A stretch of 51,375 bases of DNA from a bacterium (GCA_041690355.1 JAWLHK010000001.1:310001-361375), one strand, 5' to 3'; positions 9,013 through 20,382 are shown, counted from the stretch's first letter. A program made the numbers and translations. The notes: generated from the letters alone by a model not told the origin.

Positions 9013-9041
9013 TTGCCCGTCCGCAGGGGAGCCGTTAGAAT
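9013..9041 (+). promoter_or_regulatory. sigma70-type promoter for the deacetylase gene
   Basis: TTGCCC-17 bp-TAGAAT; GGAGG lies upstream of ATG 9078. Confidence 0.55.
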
Positions 9042-9077
9042 CCAAGCGGAACCCCCTTTTCCCCGCGCGGAGGGCGC

Positions 9078-10102
<1,025 letters not shown>

Positions 10103-10106
<4 letters not shown>

Positions 10107-11173
10107 TAGCGGAACGGCCAGGCCATGAAGTAGCGCTTCACGCGCAGCCAGATGCCGTAGAGCCCGAGCGGCTCGAAGAGAAGAAACGCGATGACGAGGA
10201 GCGCGAAGAGCAGGGTCGACTGCTGCGCCGACGTCAGTTCGCGCACGAGCGGAAGCATGCGCCCGACATGTTCGGTCAGCGGCGTGAGCACAATGAAGGC
10301 GAGCGCGCCGGCCACGGCCCCCGTCAGCGTCCCCACTCCCCCCAGGATGATCATGGCGATGTACTGCACGCTCATGCCGAGGTTGAACGGCGGGTCGACC
10401 GTGATGTACTGCTGCTGAAAGGCGAACATGGCGCCGGCGACGCCCGCGAAGAACGAGCTGATGCCGAAGGCCGTCACCTTCGTGCGGGCGACGTTCACCC
10501 CCATGACCTGCGCGGCCATGTCGTGATCGCGCACGGCCATCATCGCGCGTCCGGTGTTCGAGCGGCGCAGGTTGTTGGCGATCCAGAGCGCAAGCACGAC
10601 CAGCGCGGCGTACAGGTAGAACAGCTTCTGTTCCCCGCTCAACTGCAATCCACCCATGGCCAGCGGACGTCGGAAGTCGGCGCCGAATCCGGTGTGCATG
10701 GGAACCGCAATCCCGGCGACTCCGCCGGTGAGCGAGGGAACCGAGAGCAGGATGTGGTTGACCAGAAAGAGAAGGCCGAGGGTCACGATGGCGAGATAGA
10801 GCCCCTCGAGGCGAAGCGCGAACGGACCAATGGCGATCCCGACGGCCGCGGCCACGAATCCGGCGGCGGGGAGGATGAGCCAGAACGGAAGCACGAACCG
10901 CTGGCCCAGCACAGCCGCCGTGTAGGCGCCGAGCGCGAGAAACGCCGCGTGGCCGAGACTGATCTGCCCGGTCAGCCCCGTGAGCAGCATGAGGGCGAGA
11001 CTGCCGACGATGGTCACGAGCGCCAGGCTCCCCACGTTGAGCCAGTGCGCAGAGGCGGTCCACGGAAATGCGAGCAGCGACGCGATGACGACGGCCAGCC
11101 CGATGCGCTGCCATAGGTCGGGAAACAGCTCGAGATCCTGTTCGTACCGGGTTACGAGAGCGCGCGTAGGCAT
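10103..11173 (-). CDS. Liv-type ABC transporter permease (LivM-like)
   Basis: GQISLGHAAF, LRLEGLYLAIVTL, GRAMMAVRD, IILGG; multiple TM segments. Confidence 0.92.
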
Positions 11174-11174
11174 G

Positions 11175-12071
11175 TCAGACCCGCTTCACTTCCTTGCGCC
11201 CCATGAGCCCCTGCGGCCGCACCATGAGCACCAGAATCATGACGATGTAGGGAAAAACCGTGTGAAAGTTCTGCCCGAAGGAGCCGAGCAGCGGGTTCAC
11301 GTGCCCCTGCGCCAGCACTTCGAGCAGGCCGAGCAGGATGCCGGCGAGCACGACCCCGCCGGCGGAATCGAGCCCCCCCACGATCACGGCCGGAAAGGCG
11401 CGCAGGGCGATGAAGCCGAGGTTGGCGTCGACGCTGCGGGGGAACATGCCGAGAAACACGCCCCCCAGCGCGGCATAGAACCCGGCGATGAACCAGGTGG
11501 CGCCGAAGATGCGCCCCACGGGTATGCCCAGCACGAGCGAAGCCTCCTGGTCGCTGCTCGTCGCCCGCATGGCGATGCCGACGCGCGTGTACTTCAGGAT
11601 CGCGAAGAAGAGGCCGAGGGCAACGGCCCCCGCAACGACGGCGCCGACGGAATTGGCGAGCACGTGCGCGCCCATCACGTCGATCGTGGCCGTGGTCTCC
11701 CACGGCGTCGGCATGCCGCGCGGCTGCGCCCCCCAGAGGAGAATGACGACCGAGCGCAGGATCATGCCGATGAAGATCGTGAGGATGATCGTCGTGAAGA
11801 CCGGACGCCCGACCATGGGGCGCAGCACGACCCGCTCCGCCGCGGCGGCGAGCAGACCGGTTCCCGCCATGGCGCCGAACACGGCCGCGAACCAGGGGAG
11901 CCCCATGCCGCTCAGCGACACCGTGAGAAAAGCGCCCACGGTCAGAAATTCCCCCTGGGCGAAGTTGAAGACCTGAGAGGCCCGGTAAATGACGACAAAG
12001 CCGAGCGCAATGAGGGCGTATATCGCCCCCAGCGCGAGGCCCGACGTCAGCAGCTGGATCGTGTTGCTCAT
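11175..12071 (-). CDS. Liv-type ABC transporter permease (LivH-like)
   Basis: GLALGAIYALIALGF...FNFAQGEF, GIAMRAT, VIVGGLDS, RPQGLMG. Confidence 0.92.
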   Translation of the reverse strand: MSNTIQLLTSGLALGAIYALIALGFVVIYRASQVFNFAQGEFLTVGAFLTVSLSGMGLPWFAAVFGAMAGTGLLAAAAERVVLRPMVGRPVFTTIILTIFIGMILRSVVILLWGAQPRGMPTPWETTATIDVMGAHVLANSVGAVVAGAVALGLFFAILKYTRVGIAMRATSSDQEASLVLGIPVGRIFGATWFIAGFYAALGGVFLGMFPRSVDANLGFIALRAFPAVIVGGLDSAGGVVLAGILLGLLEVLAQGHVNPLLGSFGQNFHTVFPYIVMILVLMVRPQGLMGRKEVKRV

Positions 12072-12072
12072 G

Positions 12073-13890
12073 TCAGCGTGCTCCTCCCTTGTACATCTCT
12101 TCGATGAGCGGGGCGTAGATCTGCATCAGATTCCGCCGGCGCACCTTCTGGGTCGCCGTCAGCTCGCCGTCGTCCTGGCTCAGCTCCTTCGGGAGCAGGC
12201 GGAAGGCGCGCACCGATTCCACCCGCGCCAGATGCTCGTTCGCCTTGTCGACTTCGGCGGCGATCAGCTTGCGCACTTCCTCCTTCGCGGCGAGGTCGCC
12301 GAAAGAGGTGTACGGAATCCGCTGCGACGTCGCCCACGAGCCCACCGTGTCGTATTCGATCTGAACGAGGGCGGCGACGTAGTTGCGGGCATCGCCGATG
12401 GCCACGGCCTCCTTGATGAACGGGCTCATCTTGAGGGCGTTTTCGATCTTCTCCGGCGAGAGGTTCTTGCCTCCCGACGTGATGAGAATTTCCTTCTTGC
12501 GGCCGGTGATGCGCAGAAAACCCTCGGCGTCGACCACGCCCACGTCGCCCGTGTGAAGCCAGCCCTCGCCGTCGATGACCTCGCGCGTCGCCTCCTCGTT
12601 GTGCAGGTAGCCGGGAAAAACGTTCGGGCCGCGCACGAGCACCTCGCCGTCATCGGCGATGCGGCACTCGACAAAAGGGAGCGCCCGGCCCACCGTGCCA
12701 ATGTGGCGCGCATCGGGGGTGTTCAGGTGACTGACGCCTGCGCACTCGGTCTGGCCGTACCCCTCGAGAATCGTAACGCCGATGCTCTCGTACCAGCGCA
12801 GGAGGTTGGCTGAAATGGGCGCGGCCCCCGAAACGGCGATGCGGCAATTGCGCAGACCGAGACGTTCCTGCAGCGGCCGGTGCAGCAGTAGATCCGCGAG
12901 GAGCCCGCCGCGTTTTCCCTCGCCGCTGAGCCGCTCGAAAATCGTGCGTTTGAGCCACGAGGAATTGCTCATCTTGATCTGCACGGCGGCGTGCATCTTC
13001 TCCCAGATGCGCGGCACGCCGAGAAAGACGGTGGGCGAGACCTCGCGCAGATCTTCCTGCACGGTCTCGATGGCCTCACCGAAGTGGACGACGGCGCCCA
13101 CCGCGAGCGGCAGGTACAGGCTGAAGATCTTCTCGGCCACGTGGCAGAGCGGCAGGTACGAAAGCACCGTATCGTTCTCCGTGAACCCGAGCAGATCGAC
13201 CGTGGCCAGGGCGGGGGCGACGACGTTACGGCTCGACAGCAGCGCTCCCTTGGGGTTGCCGGTCGTTCCCGAGGTGTAGACGACCATGGCCGGCGCGTCG
13301 GGGTCGAGCGCCCGCACGGCATCGACGAAACGCCCCGCCTCAGTCTCGAGCAGCCGGCGCCCCTCGGCCAGAAACGCTTCCCAGGCGACGATCCGCTCGT
13401 CGTCATAGAGGCGCAGACCGCGCGGATCGAAGACGACCACGTGCGTCAGGCCGGGCGTGCGTTCGCGGATCTCGACCGCCTTGTCGACCTGTTCCTGATC
13501 CTCGCAGAACAGCACCTTCGCGCCGCAATGATTGAGCACGTACTCCACGTCGGGCGCCGGATTGGTCTGGTAGATACCGGCGCTGCGGGCGCCGATCCCC
13601 TGGGCGCCGAGATCGGCATACAACCATTCGGGCCGGTTGTCGCTCAGAATGGCGACGTGGTCTCCCGGCTGCACGCCGAAGCGGCGCAGCATCAGGCCGG
13701 TGGCCGCGGCGTTCTCGTAGTATTCGCGCCACGAAATTTCGTTCCAGATCCCGAGCCGTTTTTCGCGCAGCGCCGCTTTGTCGCCCCGCTGCCGGGCCCA
13801 GAGAAAAAGTCTTCCCGGAAGCGTCTGCGCGAGAGCCATGTCGCCCGCGGCGAGTCCGGTTTCGAGCCGATCGGCAACGGCGATGCTCAT
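12073..13890 (-). CDS. Long-chain fatty acid-CoA ligase (AMP-binding)
   Basis: VYTSGTTGNPKG, LSYLPLCHVAE, VPRIWEK, EGYGQTE, GWLHTGD, GRKKEILITSGGKN, LTATQKVRR. Confidence 0.92.
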   Translation of the reverse strand: MSIAVADRLETGLAAGDMALAQTLPGRLFLWARQRGDKAALREKRLGIWNEISWREYYENAAATGLMLRRFGVQPGDHVAILSDNRPEWLYADLGAQGIGARSAGIYQTNPAPDVEYVLNHCGAKVLFCEDQEQVDKAVEIRERTPGLTHVVVFDPRGLRLYDDERIVAWEAFLAEGRRLLETEAGRFVDAVRALDPDAPAMVVYTSGTTGNPKGALLSSRNVVAPALATVDLLGFTENDTVLSYLPLCHVAEKIFSLYLPLAVGAVVHFGEAIETVQEDLREVSPTVFLGVPRIWEKMHAAVQIKMSNSSWLKRTIFERLSGEGKRGGLLADLLLHRPLQERLGLRNCRIAVSGAAPISANLLRWYESIGVTILEGYGQTECAGVSHLNTPDARHIGTVGRALPFVECRIADDGEVLVRGPNVFPGYLHNEEATREVIDGEGWLHTGDVGVVDAEGFLRITGRKKEILITSGGKNLSPEKIENALKMSPFIKEAVAIGDARNYVAALVQIEYDTVGSWATSQRIPYTSFGDLAAKEEVRKLIAAEVDKANEHLARVESVRAFRLLPKELSQDDGELTATQKVRRRNLMQIYAPLIEEMYKGGAR

Positions 13891-14666
13891 GCTGCGCCTC
13901 CCGCCTGCGTGTGGCCGATGTAGGCTTCGATGACCCGCGGGTCGCGGCGCACTTCGTCGGGATCGCCATCGGCAATCTTGCTTCCGAAGTCGAAGACCGC
14001 GACCCGTTCCGCCAGATCCATGACGAAGCCGAGCTCGTGCTCGATGAGGATCTGGGTCACGCCCAGATCGGACTTGATGTCGAGCAGGTAGCGCGCGAGC
14101 TCTTCGGTCTCTTCCTGGTTCAGGCCGGCCGCCGGCTCGTCGAGCAGCAGCAGGCGCGGCTCCATGCAGAGCGCGCGGCCGAGTTCGATACGCTTGCGCA
14201 CGCCGTAGGGCAGGATGCCGACCGGCATGAGCCGGTAGCGCTCGAGATTCAGGAAGTCGATGATCTCCTCGGCCTTGCGCCGGTGTTCCAGCTCTTCGCG
14301 GTGCGTGCCGCGCGTCCAGAAGAGGTTCGCGAGCCAGCCGCGCCGGTACAGGTGATGGCGGCCGACGAGCAGGTTGTCGAGCACGGTCAGGTGCTCGAAC
14401 AGCGCCAGATTCTGAAACATGCGAGCGACGCCGAGCGCCGCGATGCGGTCGGGCGCCAGCTTGGTGAGCTCGCGGCCGTCGAAGCGCACCGAGCCCTGCT
14501 GCGGCCGGTAGAGCCCCGAGATGCAGTTGAAGAGCGAGGTCTTGCCGGCGCCGTTCGGGCCGATGACGGCCACGAGCGCGCCCGCGTCGACCAAGAGTGA
14601 GACATCGCGCAGGGCCGTGATGCCCGAGAACGACAGCGTGACGGAATCGATTTCGATCTGTGCCAT
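13887..14666 (-). CDS. ABC transporter ATP-binding protein (LivG-like)
   Basis: GPNGAGKT, LPYGVRKRIELGRAL, LLLDEP, IEH, DPRVIEAYIG. ATG 14666 overlaps the upstream stop. Confidence 0.93.
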   Translation of the reverse strand: MAQIEIDSVTLSFSGITALRDVSLLVDAGALVAVIGPNGAGKTSLFNCISGLYRPQQGSVRFDGRELTKLAPDRIAALGVARMFQNLALFEHLTVLDNLLVGRHHLYRRGWLANLFWTRGTHREELEHRRKAEEIIDFLNLERYRLMPVGILPYGVRKRIELGRALCMEPRLLLLDEPAAGLNQEETEELARYLLDIKSDLGVTQILIEHELGFVMDLAERVAVFDFGSKIADGDPDEVRRDPRVIEAYIGHTQAGGAA

Positions 14667-15454
14667 CAGGACAACCACCGCTTGCGGCGACGGTAGAGCT
14701 TTACGTCGCGATAGTTGCGCCGGCCATGCGAGCCGAACCCCAGATAGAACTCCTGAATGTCCTGATCCCCCTTGAGGGTCGCTGCGTCGCCGTCGAGCAC
14801 GACCTTGCCGTTCTCGAGGATGTAGCCGTAATCGGCCAGGTCGAGGGCAATCGACGCGTTCTGCTCGACAAGCAGGATACCGACGCCGTTTGCATTGATC
14901 TCGCGGATCAGCGCGGCGATGTCTTCGCGGGCCTTAGGGGACAACCCGAGCGAGGGTTCGTCGAGCAGCAGGAGCTTCGGCCGCGACATGAGCGCCCGGG
15001 CGATGGCCAGCATCTGCTGTTCGCCCCCCGAGAGGTAACCCGCCTGCCGGTGCCGGCGCTCGGCGAGCACGGGAAAGCGGGCGTAGTGCGCTTCGATCTC
15101 CCTGTGCACCTCGCCCCGATCGGCGCGGGTGTAGGCGCCGGCGAGCAGGTTCTCCTCCACCGACAGATCGGCGAAGATCCGCCGGGCCTCCATGACCTGG
15201 GCGATCCCGCGGCGCACGATGGCGTCGCTGGGCAGCCCGGCCATGTTCTCTCCATTCCACTCGATGGAACCTTTGGTGGGGCGCCCTTCGTGAATGGGGA
15301 GCAGCCCCGTCAACGCCCGCAGCAGCGTCGTCTTCCCGGCCCCGTTGGGGCCGAGAAGCGCGACGATTTTCTGATCGGGAACGGTCAGGCTGATGCCGCG
15401 GAGCACGAGGACGACCGAATGATAGACGACCTCGAGGTTCTTCACCTGCAGCAT
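14666..15454 (-). CDS. ABC transporter ATP-binding protein (LivF-like)
   Basis: GPNGAGKTT, LSGGEQQM, LLLDEPSLGL, LLVEQNA. Confidence 0.93.
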   Translation of the reverse strand: MLQVKNLEVVYHSVVLVLRGISLTVPDQKIVALLGPNGAGKTTLLRALTGLLPIHEGRPTKGSIEWNGENMAGLPSDAIVRRGIAQVMEARRIFADLSVEENLLAGAYTRADRGEVHREIEAHYARFPVLAERRHRQAGYLSGGEQQMLAIARALMSRPKLLLLDEPSLGLSPKAREDIAALIREINANGVGILLVEQNASIALDLADYGYILENGKVVLDGDAATLKGDQDIQEFYLGFGSHGRRNYRDVKLYRRRKRWLS

Positions 15455-15461
15455 GGAACCG

Positions 15462-16760
15462 TTATTGCGCCTCCGCCGCTGCCGTCACGGGGGCCGGGTT
15501 TTCGATGCCGGCCTTGGGTTCAGCGTACTCGGCAACGACCTGCCACGTCCCTTCGGCCATGTTCGGCTTCAGGATGCGCGAGGTCAGTCCGGTCTGGTAG
15601 GGGAATTTCGAGAGATCGACCGGTTGCACCAGATCGCCCCCGGTAGCGCCGGTCAGGCTCGTCATCGCCTCGAGGTAGCCGGCGCGGTTCACGGCCCCCG
15701 CCTCGATGGCCCCCTTCAGCGCTTCGAGCTGCACGACCCCCTGCGAGTACGAGGCGAGCACGTAGAAATCGGGGCTGCCGAGCTGCTTGCCGTGCTGTTC
15801 CCACGTGGCCAGAAAGTCCTGCATCCCCTTGACCGACGCTTCGCCCCAGAAGGGCAGCCCCGTCGCCCAGTAGTAGTTCGTGAAGACCACCGGCGGAATG
15901 ACATCCTTGTTGAAGAAGCGGTCGATCCAGGCCGGCGTGTTGCCGATCCAGACCGGCATGAACTGCAGCTGGGCGGCCGTGCCGAGAATCGGGCCGGTGG
16001 CCGACGGCAGCGTCGTGAGCAGGATGTAGTTGGCCCCCTCGCGCTTGAGCTCCGAGACGACGGCCGTGTAGTCAGACTGCCCCGGGGCGACCGTCTGCTT
16101 CGCCACGATGTCGACGCCGTGGTGCGCGGCCGCGCGCGTCCAGCCCTCGAGGCCGTCGGCGCCGTAGTCGTCCTGCTGATAGACGATACCGGCCTTCACC
16201 TTGTCGGCGCCCCCGGCGTGTTCGACCGCCCAGTCCATGGCGCGCATGGCCTCGGCCGAGTACGGGGTACCGAGCGGCGGCGTGTACTTGTGTTCCGCCA
16301 TCTTCGAGGAGAGGCTGGCGGGAAAGGCGACCAGGTTGTCGCGCTCGAGCATGCTGCGCAGCGGCAGCGTGTTCGGCGTGCCGAAGCTCGTGCCGATGAA
16401 GAGCACCTGATCCTTGATTTCGTTATAGGCCTGCACCGAGTGCTGCGGGTTATACCCGTGATCGCGCTCGACCAGTTCGATGCGCCAGCCTTCGGGCAGA
16501 TAGCCGCTGTTGCCGGCGTTCACCTTCGCGGCCAGCAGGCGCTTGCCCACGGCATAGGGTTTGCCGATGCCGGCCGCCGGGCCGCTCTCGTCATTGAGGA
16601 TACCGATGCGCACGACCTTTTTCTCGAGGTCGACACCGGGACCCGCGGTCTGCTCGGCGACGCCGCCGTCGGGCTGCGGCGCCTCGTCGGAGGGCCGCAG
16701 AAAGAGAACGGCGAGTACGGCGACCACCGCCAGGATACCGACCATCAGTGCTTTGTTCAT
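15462..16760 (-). CDS. ABC transporter substrate-binding protein (LivJ/K-like fold)
   Basis: N-terminal signal/anchor, IGILNDESGP, DHGYNP, YQQDDYGADG. First gene of the operon, with a GAGGAGG RBS. Confidence 0.88.
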   Translation of the reverse strand: MNKALMVGILAVVAVLAVLFLRPSDEAPQPDGGVAEQTAGPGVDLEKKVVRIGILNDESGPAAGIGKPYAVGKRLLAAKVNAGNSGYLPEGWRIELVERDHGYNPQHSVQAYNEIKDQVLFIGTSFGTPNTLPLRSMLERDNLVAFPASLSSKMAEHKYTPPLGTPYSAEAMRAMDWAVEHAGGADKVKAGIVYQQDDYGADGLEGWTRAAAHHGVDIVAKQTVAPGQSDYTAVVSELKREGANYILLTTLPSATGPILGTAAQLQFMPVWIGNTPAWIDRFFNKDVIPPVVFTNYYWATGLPFWGEASVKGMQDFLATWEQHGKQLGSPDFYVLASYSQGVVQLEALKGAIEAGAVNRAGYLEAMTSLTGATGGDLVQPVDLSKFPYQTGLTSRILKPNMAEGTWQVVAEYAEPKAGIENPAPVTAAAEAQ

Positions 16761-16906
16761 TTCGTCCCTCCTCAGGGTATGATTCCGGATGCGGTGCCGA
16801 GCGGGCTCCTGCCATCCGTTTCAACAACGTGCACAACGCCCAAGATTCGTTGCGTTAGTCTAGAAGAGCGCACCGCCGGTCGTCAATAACGCATAGCGGC
16901 ATGGCA

Positions 16907-16998
16907 CAATTGACGATTTACAATTGACGATTGACGATTGGACGGCAAGGACAGGACATCGCCTTATTTGGCGCTCAGTGCTCGGCGCTTGGCGCTTC
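16907..16998. repeat. Intergenic heptamer tandem repeats
   Basis: ATTGACG-type array at 16907-16939 (31/33 identical to 6579-6611), then GCGCTCA GTGCTCG GCGCTTG GCGCTTC at 16971-16998. Confidence 0.85.
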
Positions 16999-17029
16999 CG
17001 CCGTCCGCCCCAGCGTCCAGCGCCCAGGA

Positions 17030-18142
17030 TCACCCCAGCTGCTCGGTGGGGTCGCGCTCGTCGACGGAGGCCTGGTGGGCGACCATGGCGCCGGCGATCC
17101 GCAGGGCCTCGGGCGTGCCGATGGCGCGCGGATCCCACGGGGGCGGCGGCCCCAGCTTCTTCTTGGCGCGCACGATGCGCCCCAGGGCGGCGTCGATGCG
17201 CTCGCGCACCACGCGGCTCTTGCGGTCTTCGGCGACGAGCGCCTCCCAGGCGCGCCGCTGTTTCTCGGCCGTATGGCAGATGAGCACCACGTCGCACCCG
17301 GCGACCACCGCCTGCAGCACGCTCTCTTCGATGCCGTAGCGGTCGTCGATGGCCTTCATCTCCATGTCGTCGGTGACGATCATTCCCTCGAAACCGATTT
17401 CGCGGCGGACGATCTGCTGCAGAATGGTTTCGCTGAGCGTCGCCGGCCAGCGCGGATCCAGCGCCGTGTAGGTCACGTGCGCCGTCATGAGCGACGCGAG
17501 CTTCGCCTCGGCGTACGCGCGGAAGGGGATCAGTTCGCGCCGCCGCATTTCGGCGAGGGATGTTTCTTCGACCGGCAGATCGAGGTGCGAATCGAGCGAG
17601 GTGTTGCCGTGACCGGGAACGTGCTTGCCGCAGGAGAGCACCCCGCCGGCTTCGAGCGCCCGCGAGAAGGCGACGCCGAGCGTGGCGACCTCCTGCGGAT
17701 CGGCGGAATAGGCGCGCCGCCCGATGACCGGGTTCTTCGGGTTGCTGTCGACGTCGAGCACGGGGGCGAAGTCCCAGTTGAAGCCGGCCATGCGCAGCTC
17801 GGTCGCGAAGATACGCGCCTGGTCCTCGGCCGCTTCGGTCGTCCCGTCGCGGCGGTAGAGGCTGTGCAGCGTCCGGTTGCCCGGAAATTCCGTGAAAGGC
17901 TTCCGCAGGCGGGCCACGATGCCCCCCTCCTGATCGACGCAGAGAAACGCGGGGTACTCGCCGGCCATCGCCTGCAACCCGTCGTTCAGGGCACGGATGG
18001 CGGCAGGTTCGCCGACATTGCGCTTGAAGAGGATGAATCCGCCCGGGCGCAGGTCGGCGTGCAGTTCGCGCAGTTCGGAATGGACCTCGGTGCCGTGGAA
18101 GCCGAGCACGAAGAGTTGACCGATGAGCTGTTCGCGATGCAT
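17030..18142 (-). CDS. nagZ: Beta-N-acetylhexosaminidase (GH3)
   Basis: GGFILFKRN, VDQEGGIVARL, DFAPVLD, KHVPGHGNTSLDSH (NagZ motif), MTAHV, TDDMEM. Start trimmed to ATG 18142. Confidence 0.92.
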   Translation of the reverse strand: MHREQLIGQLFVLGFHGTEVHSELRELHADLRPGGFILFKRNVGEPAAIRALNDGLQAMAGEYPAFLCVDQEGGIVARLRKPFTEFPGNRTLHSLYRRDGTTEAAEDQARIFATELRMAGFNWDFAPVLDVDSNPKNPVIGRRAYSADPQEVATLGVAFSRALEAGGVLSCGKHVPGHGNTSLDSHLDLPVEETSLAEMRRRELIPFRAYAEAKLASLMTAHVTYTALDPRWPATLSETILQQIVRREIGFEGMIVTDDMEMKAIDDRYGIEESVLQAVVAGCDVVLICHTAEKQRRAWEALVAEDRKSRVVRERIDAALGRIVRAKKKLGPPPPWDPRAIGTPEALRIAGAMVAHQASVDERDPTEQLG

Positions 18143-18188
18143 GGCGGTGCGGAACCTCGAGAAGGGATGCGGGGGAACCCGTATTGTA

Positions 18189-19367
18189 CTATGCGCCCAG
18201 CGCGTTGCGGAACGAGCGGACCGGTTTGAACCCCGCCGGACCCTGCGCCGCCAGTTCCCGGTAGATGGCGAGCATGCGCCCCAGGCAGCGCTCGCGGTCG
18301 GCCTCGGCGAGAATGCGCGCGCGGTTCCCTTCGACCATGGCGCGGCGCGTGTCCGCGTCGAGCGTGAGCAGATCGAGAATCTTCTCCGCGACCGCGGCGG
18401 AATTGCGGGGGTCCACGAGGCGGCCGTTGGCGGGATCATTGACGAGCGCGCGCAGCGAGGGGACGTCGCAGGCGACAATCGGGCACCCGCAGCTCATGGC
18501 TTCGAGCACGGTATTCGGCGTGCCGTCGCTGTCGGGGATGGAGACGACGACCGTGGCGGCACGGTAGGCGTCGCGCAGGCCCGCCGCGTCGGTGGGCGGG
18601 AGAAAGCGCACCGAATCCGCTTCCCCCAGTTCCGCCAGCAGCCCCACCAGCCGCTCGCGGTAGGCCGGCTCGGGCAGGTAATCCTGCAGGACCAGGTGCG
18701 CGTCGGGAAACCGGCGGCGGATTTCGGGCCAGGCGCGCACGAGCGTTTCCTGATTGTAGAGCGGCCGCAGGGCGCGCGGGCTGTAGATCACCGGCCCGTT
18801 TCCCAGCTCGTGGCGCCGGCGGAATTCCGCATCGTCACCCGGCGAGAAGAGGGCCGTGTCGACCCCCCAGTGCACGACCTCGGTGCGCTCTGCGGGCGCG
18901 CCGAGGCGTACGGCTTCGTCCCGCAGGGCGGGACCGACGGGGAGCACGCGATCGGCTGCGCGCAGTACGGCGGCGGCCTGCGCGCGCTTACGGGCGGAGA
19001 GGTGGGCTTCGACGAAAAGGTCGCTCCCCCAGGCCGAGACCACGTGCGGATGGTAGCCGGTCGCGGTGGCGCGCGTCCCGCCGAGGTTCACGAAGTGCGA
19101 GTGCAGGACGTCGGGGCGGATGCGGCGCAGGATGTTCGCGATGGCGGCCACCTGGAGCGGAAAGCGCGCCGTCGGATAGCGGTGCACCTGGGCGCCGGGA
19201 ATCTCGGCGGCGGCCGCCGTGAGCACGTGAACCTCGCATCCGCGCGCGGCGAACCAGGCGGCGAGCCGCTGCACGTGCGGCGAAGCGGCGTCGCCGAGAA
19301 GCGCCAGCCGCAAGGTTCTCTCTCGTTCATCGGAGGTCAGCCGGGTACCGGCGGAATCATTCTGCAC
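18189..19367 (-). CDS. Glycosyltransferase family 4
   Basis: RPDVLHSH, VSAWGSD, HWGVDTALF, SDGTPNTVLEAMSCGCPIV. GTG 19367 chosen because a TACGAT -10 box sits 6 nt upstream; ATG 19403 is the alternative. Confidence 0.88.
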   Translation of the reverse strand: MQNDSAGTRLTSDERERTLRLALLGDAASPHVQRLAAWFAARGCEVHVLTAAAAEIPGAQVHRYPTARFPLQVAAIANILRRIRPDVLHSHFVNLGGTRATATGYHPHVVSAWGSDLFVEAHLSARKRAQAAAVLRAADRVLPVGPALRDEAVRLGAPAERTEVVHWGVDTALFSPGDDAEFRRRHELGNGPVIYSPRALRPLYNQETLVRAWPEIRRRFPDAHLVLQDYLPEPAYRERLVGLLAELGEADSVRFLPPTDAAGLRDAYRAATVVVSIPDSDGTPNTVLEAMSCGCPIVACDVPSLRALVNDPANGRLVDPRNSAAVAEKILDLLTLDADTRRAMVEGNRARILAEADRERCLGRMLAIYRELAAQGPAGFKPVRSFRNALGA

Positions 19368-19481
19368 AGGGGGATCGTATCCCGTGGGGGCCGTGAGCGC
19401 CATCAGAAGCTCGGGTCTTTTCGCTCTCCCCGCGTCGCCCCGCGTGGATGATCGGTCCATGTTTCAGGTCCGTTCGTTTGG

Positions 19482-19509
19482 CCGACGTCCGACGTCCGGC
19501 GTCCGACGA
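19482..19509. repeat. Heptamer tandem repeat CCGACGT x4
   Basis: CCGACGT CCGACGT CCGGCGT CCGACGA, a few bases before the -35 box at 19516. Confidence 0.75.
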
Positions 19510-19550
19510 CCGCCCTTGACTCCCCCGGCGCAACTCTCTAACGTGTAAGC

Positions 19551-20279
19551 GTGTCTGACTGGGTTTCCATCCGCATCGACATCTTCGAACGCGCCTTCAA
19601 GACGTACCGCAAGCGGGCGGGCGGCTCCTTTGAAAGCCTCGCCCGCGACATGCGCGTGCCGGTCGACCGGCTGCGCGAGTGGCGGCGCACCGGCGAGATC
19701 CCCGTCGCGCGCCTCGCTTCGCTGGCGGCCGCGCTCGGGGTCGATCCGGAGCGACTCGCGCGTATCCCCGAAGCCGGTCTCGATCGCGCCGCCGCCTATC
19801 TGCCGAACCGGGTCGGGCACAATCTCCTCTCCGTGGCGCGCACCTTTCGCTCGTATACCCGCTTCATCGGGCGCCATCGCATCCATCCCGGCATGGCCCA
19901 CCACCGGGCCGCGCACCACGACGGCGAATCGACGGGCTACGCGACTCTGTTTCTCGCGACCGAAGAAGTCGAGCAGGAGTGGCTGTTCTCGGTCTGGTTC
20001 GGGCTGCGCATGGACTACGGCTGGGTGCGGCTGCATGCCGACGGAACCGTCGAGCTCGACCCCATCCTTCAGGAGCAGCCGCCCGAGACCCGCAACGGGT
20101 TCTCTTCGGTGGATGACGACGGGATGCGCATCGTTCCCGTCCAGACCTGGTTCGGGCGCCCCCAGTGCGATTTCATCGTCCACGCGCAGCGCCCCTTCGA
20201 CATGCGCGTCGTGCTCGAACCGCTCGCCGTGCCGGGGGCGGTGACCTTCGTCAAGAATCCCTTCCAGCGGGACGAATAG
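19551..20279 (+). CDS. XRE/Cro-like helix-turn-helix protein with an unrecognised C-terminal domain
   Basis: RKRAGGSFESLARDMRVPVDRLREWRRTGEIPVARLASLAAALGV matches the XRE HTH pattern. Promoter TTGACT-17-TAACGT ends 6 nt before the GTG. Confidence 0.7.
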   Translation: MSDWVSIRIDIFERAFKTYRKRAGGSFESLARDMRVPVDRLREWRRTGEIPVARLASLAAALGVDPERLARIPEAGLDRAAAYLPNRVGHNLLSVARTFRSYTRFIGRHRIHPGMAHHRAAHHDGESTGYATLFLATEEVEQEWLFSVWFGLRMDYGWVRLHADGTVELDPILQEQPPETRNGFSSVDDDGMRIVPVQTWFGRPQCDFIVHAQRPFDMRVVLEPLAVPGAVTFVKNPFQRDE

Positions 20280-20382
20280 GCCGGGTCAGAAACGGCTCAC
20301 CGCAGGGGAATCGGGCGCGGTTCTGCTACAATATCCGCTTTTGTCCGTCTCAGTTTTCCGGATTCCACCAGAGGGGATAGCG

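Noticed and set aside
18143..18478. N-terminal extension of nagZ in the ORF track
   Set aside because: It overlaps the glycosyltransferase 3' end out of frame; the GH3-like sequence starts at 18142.
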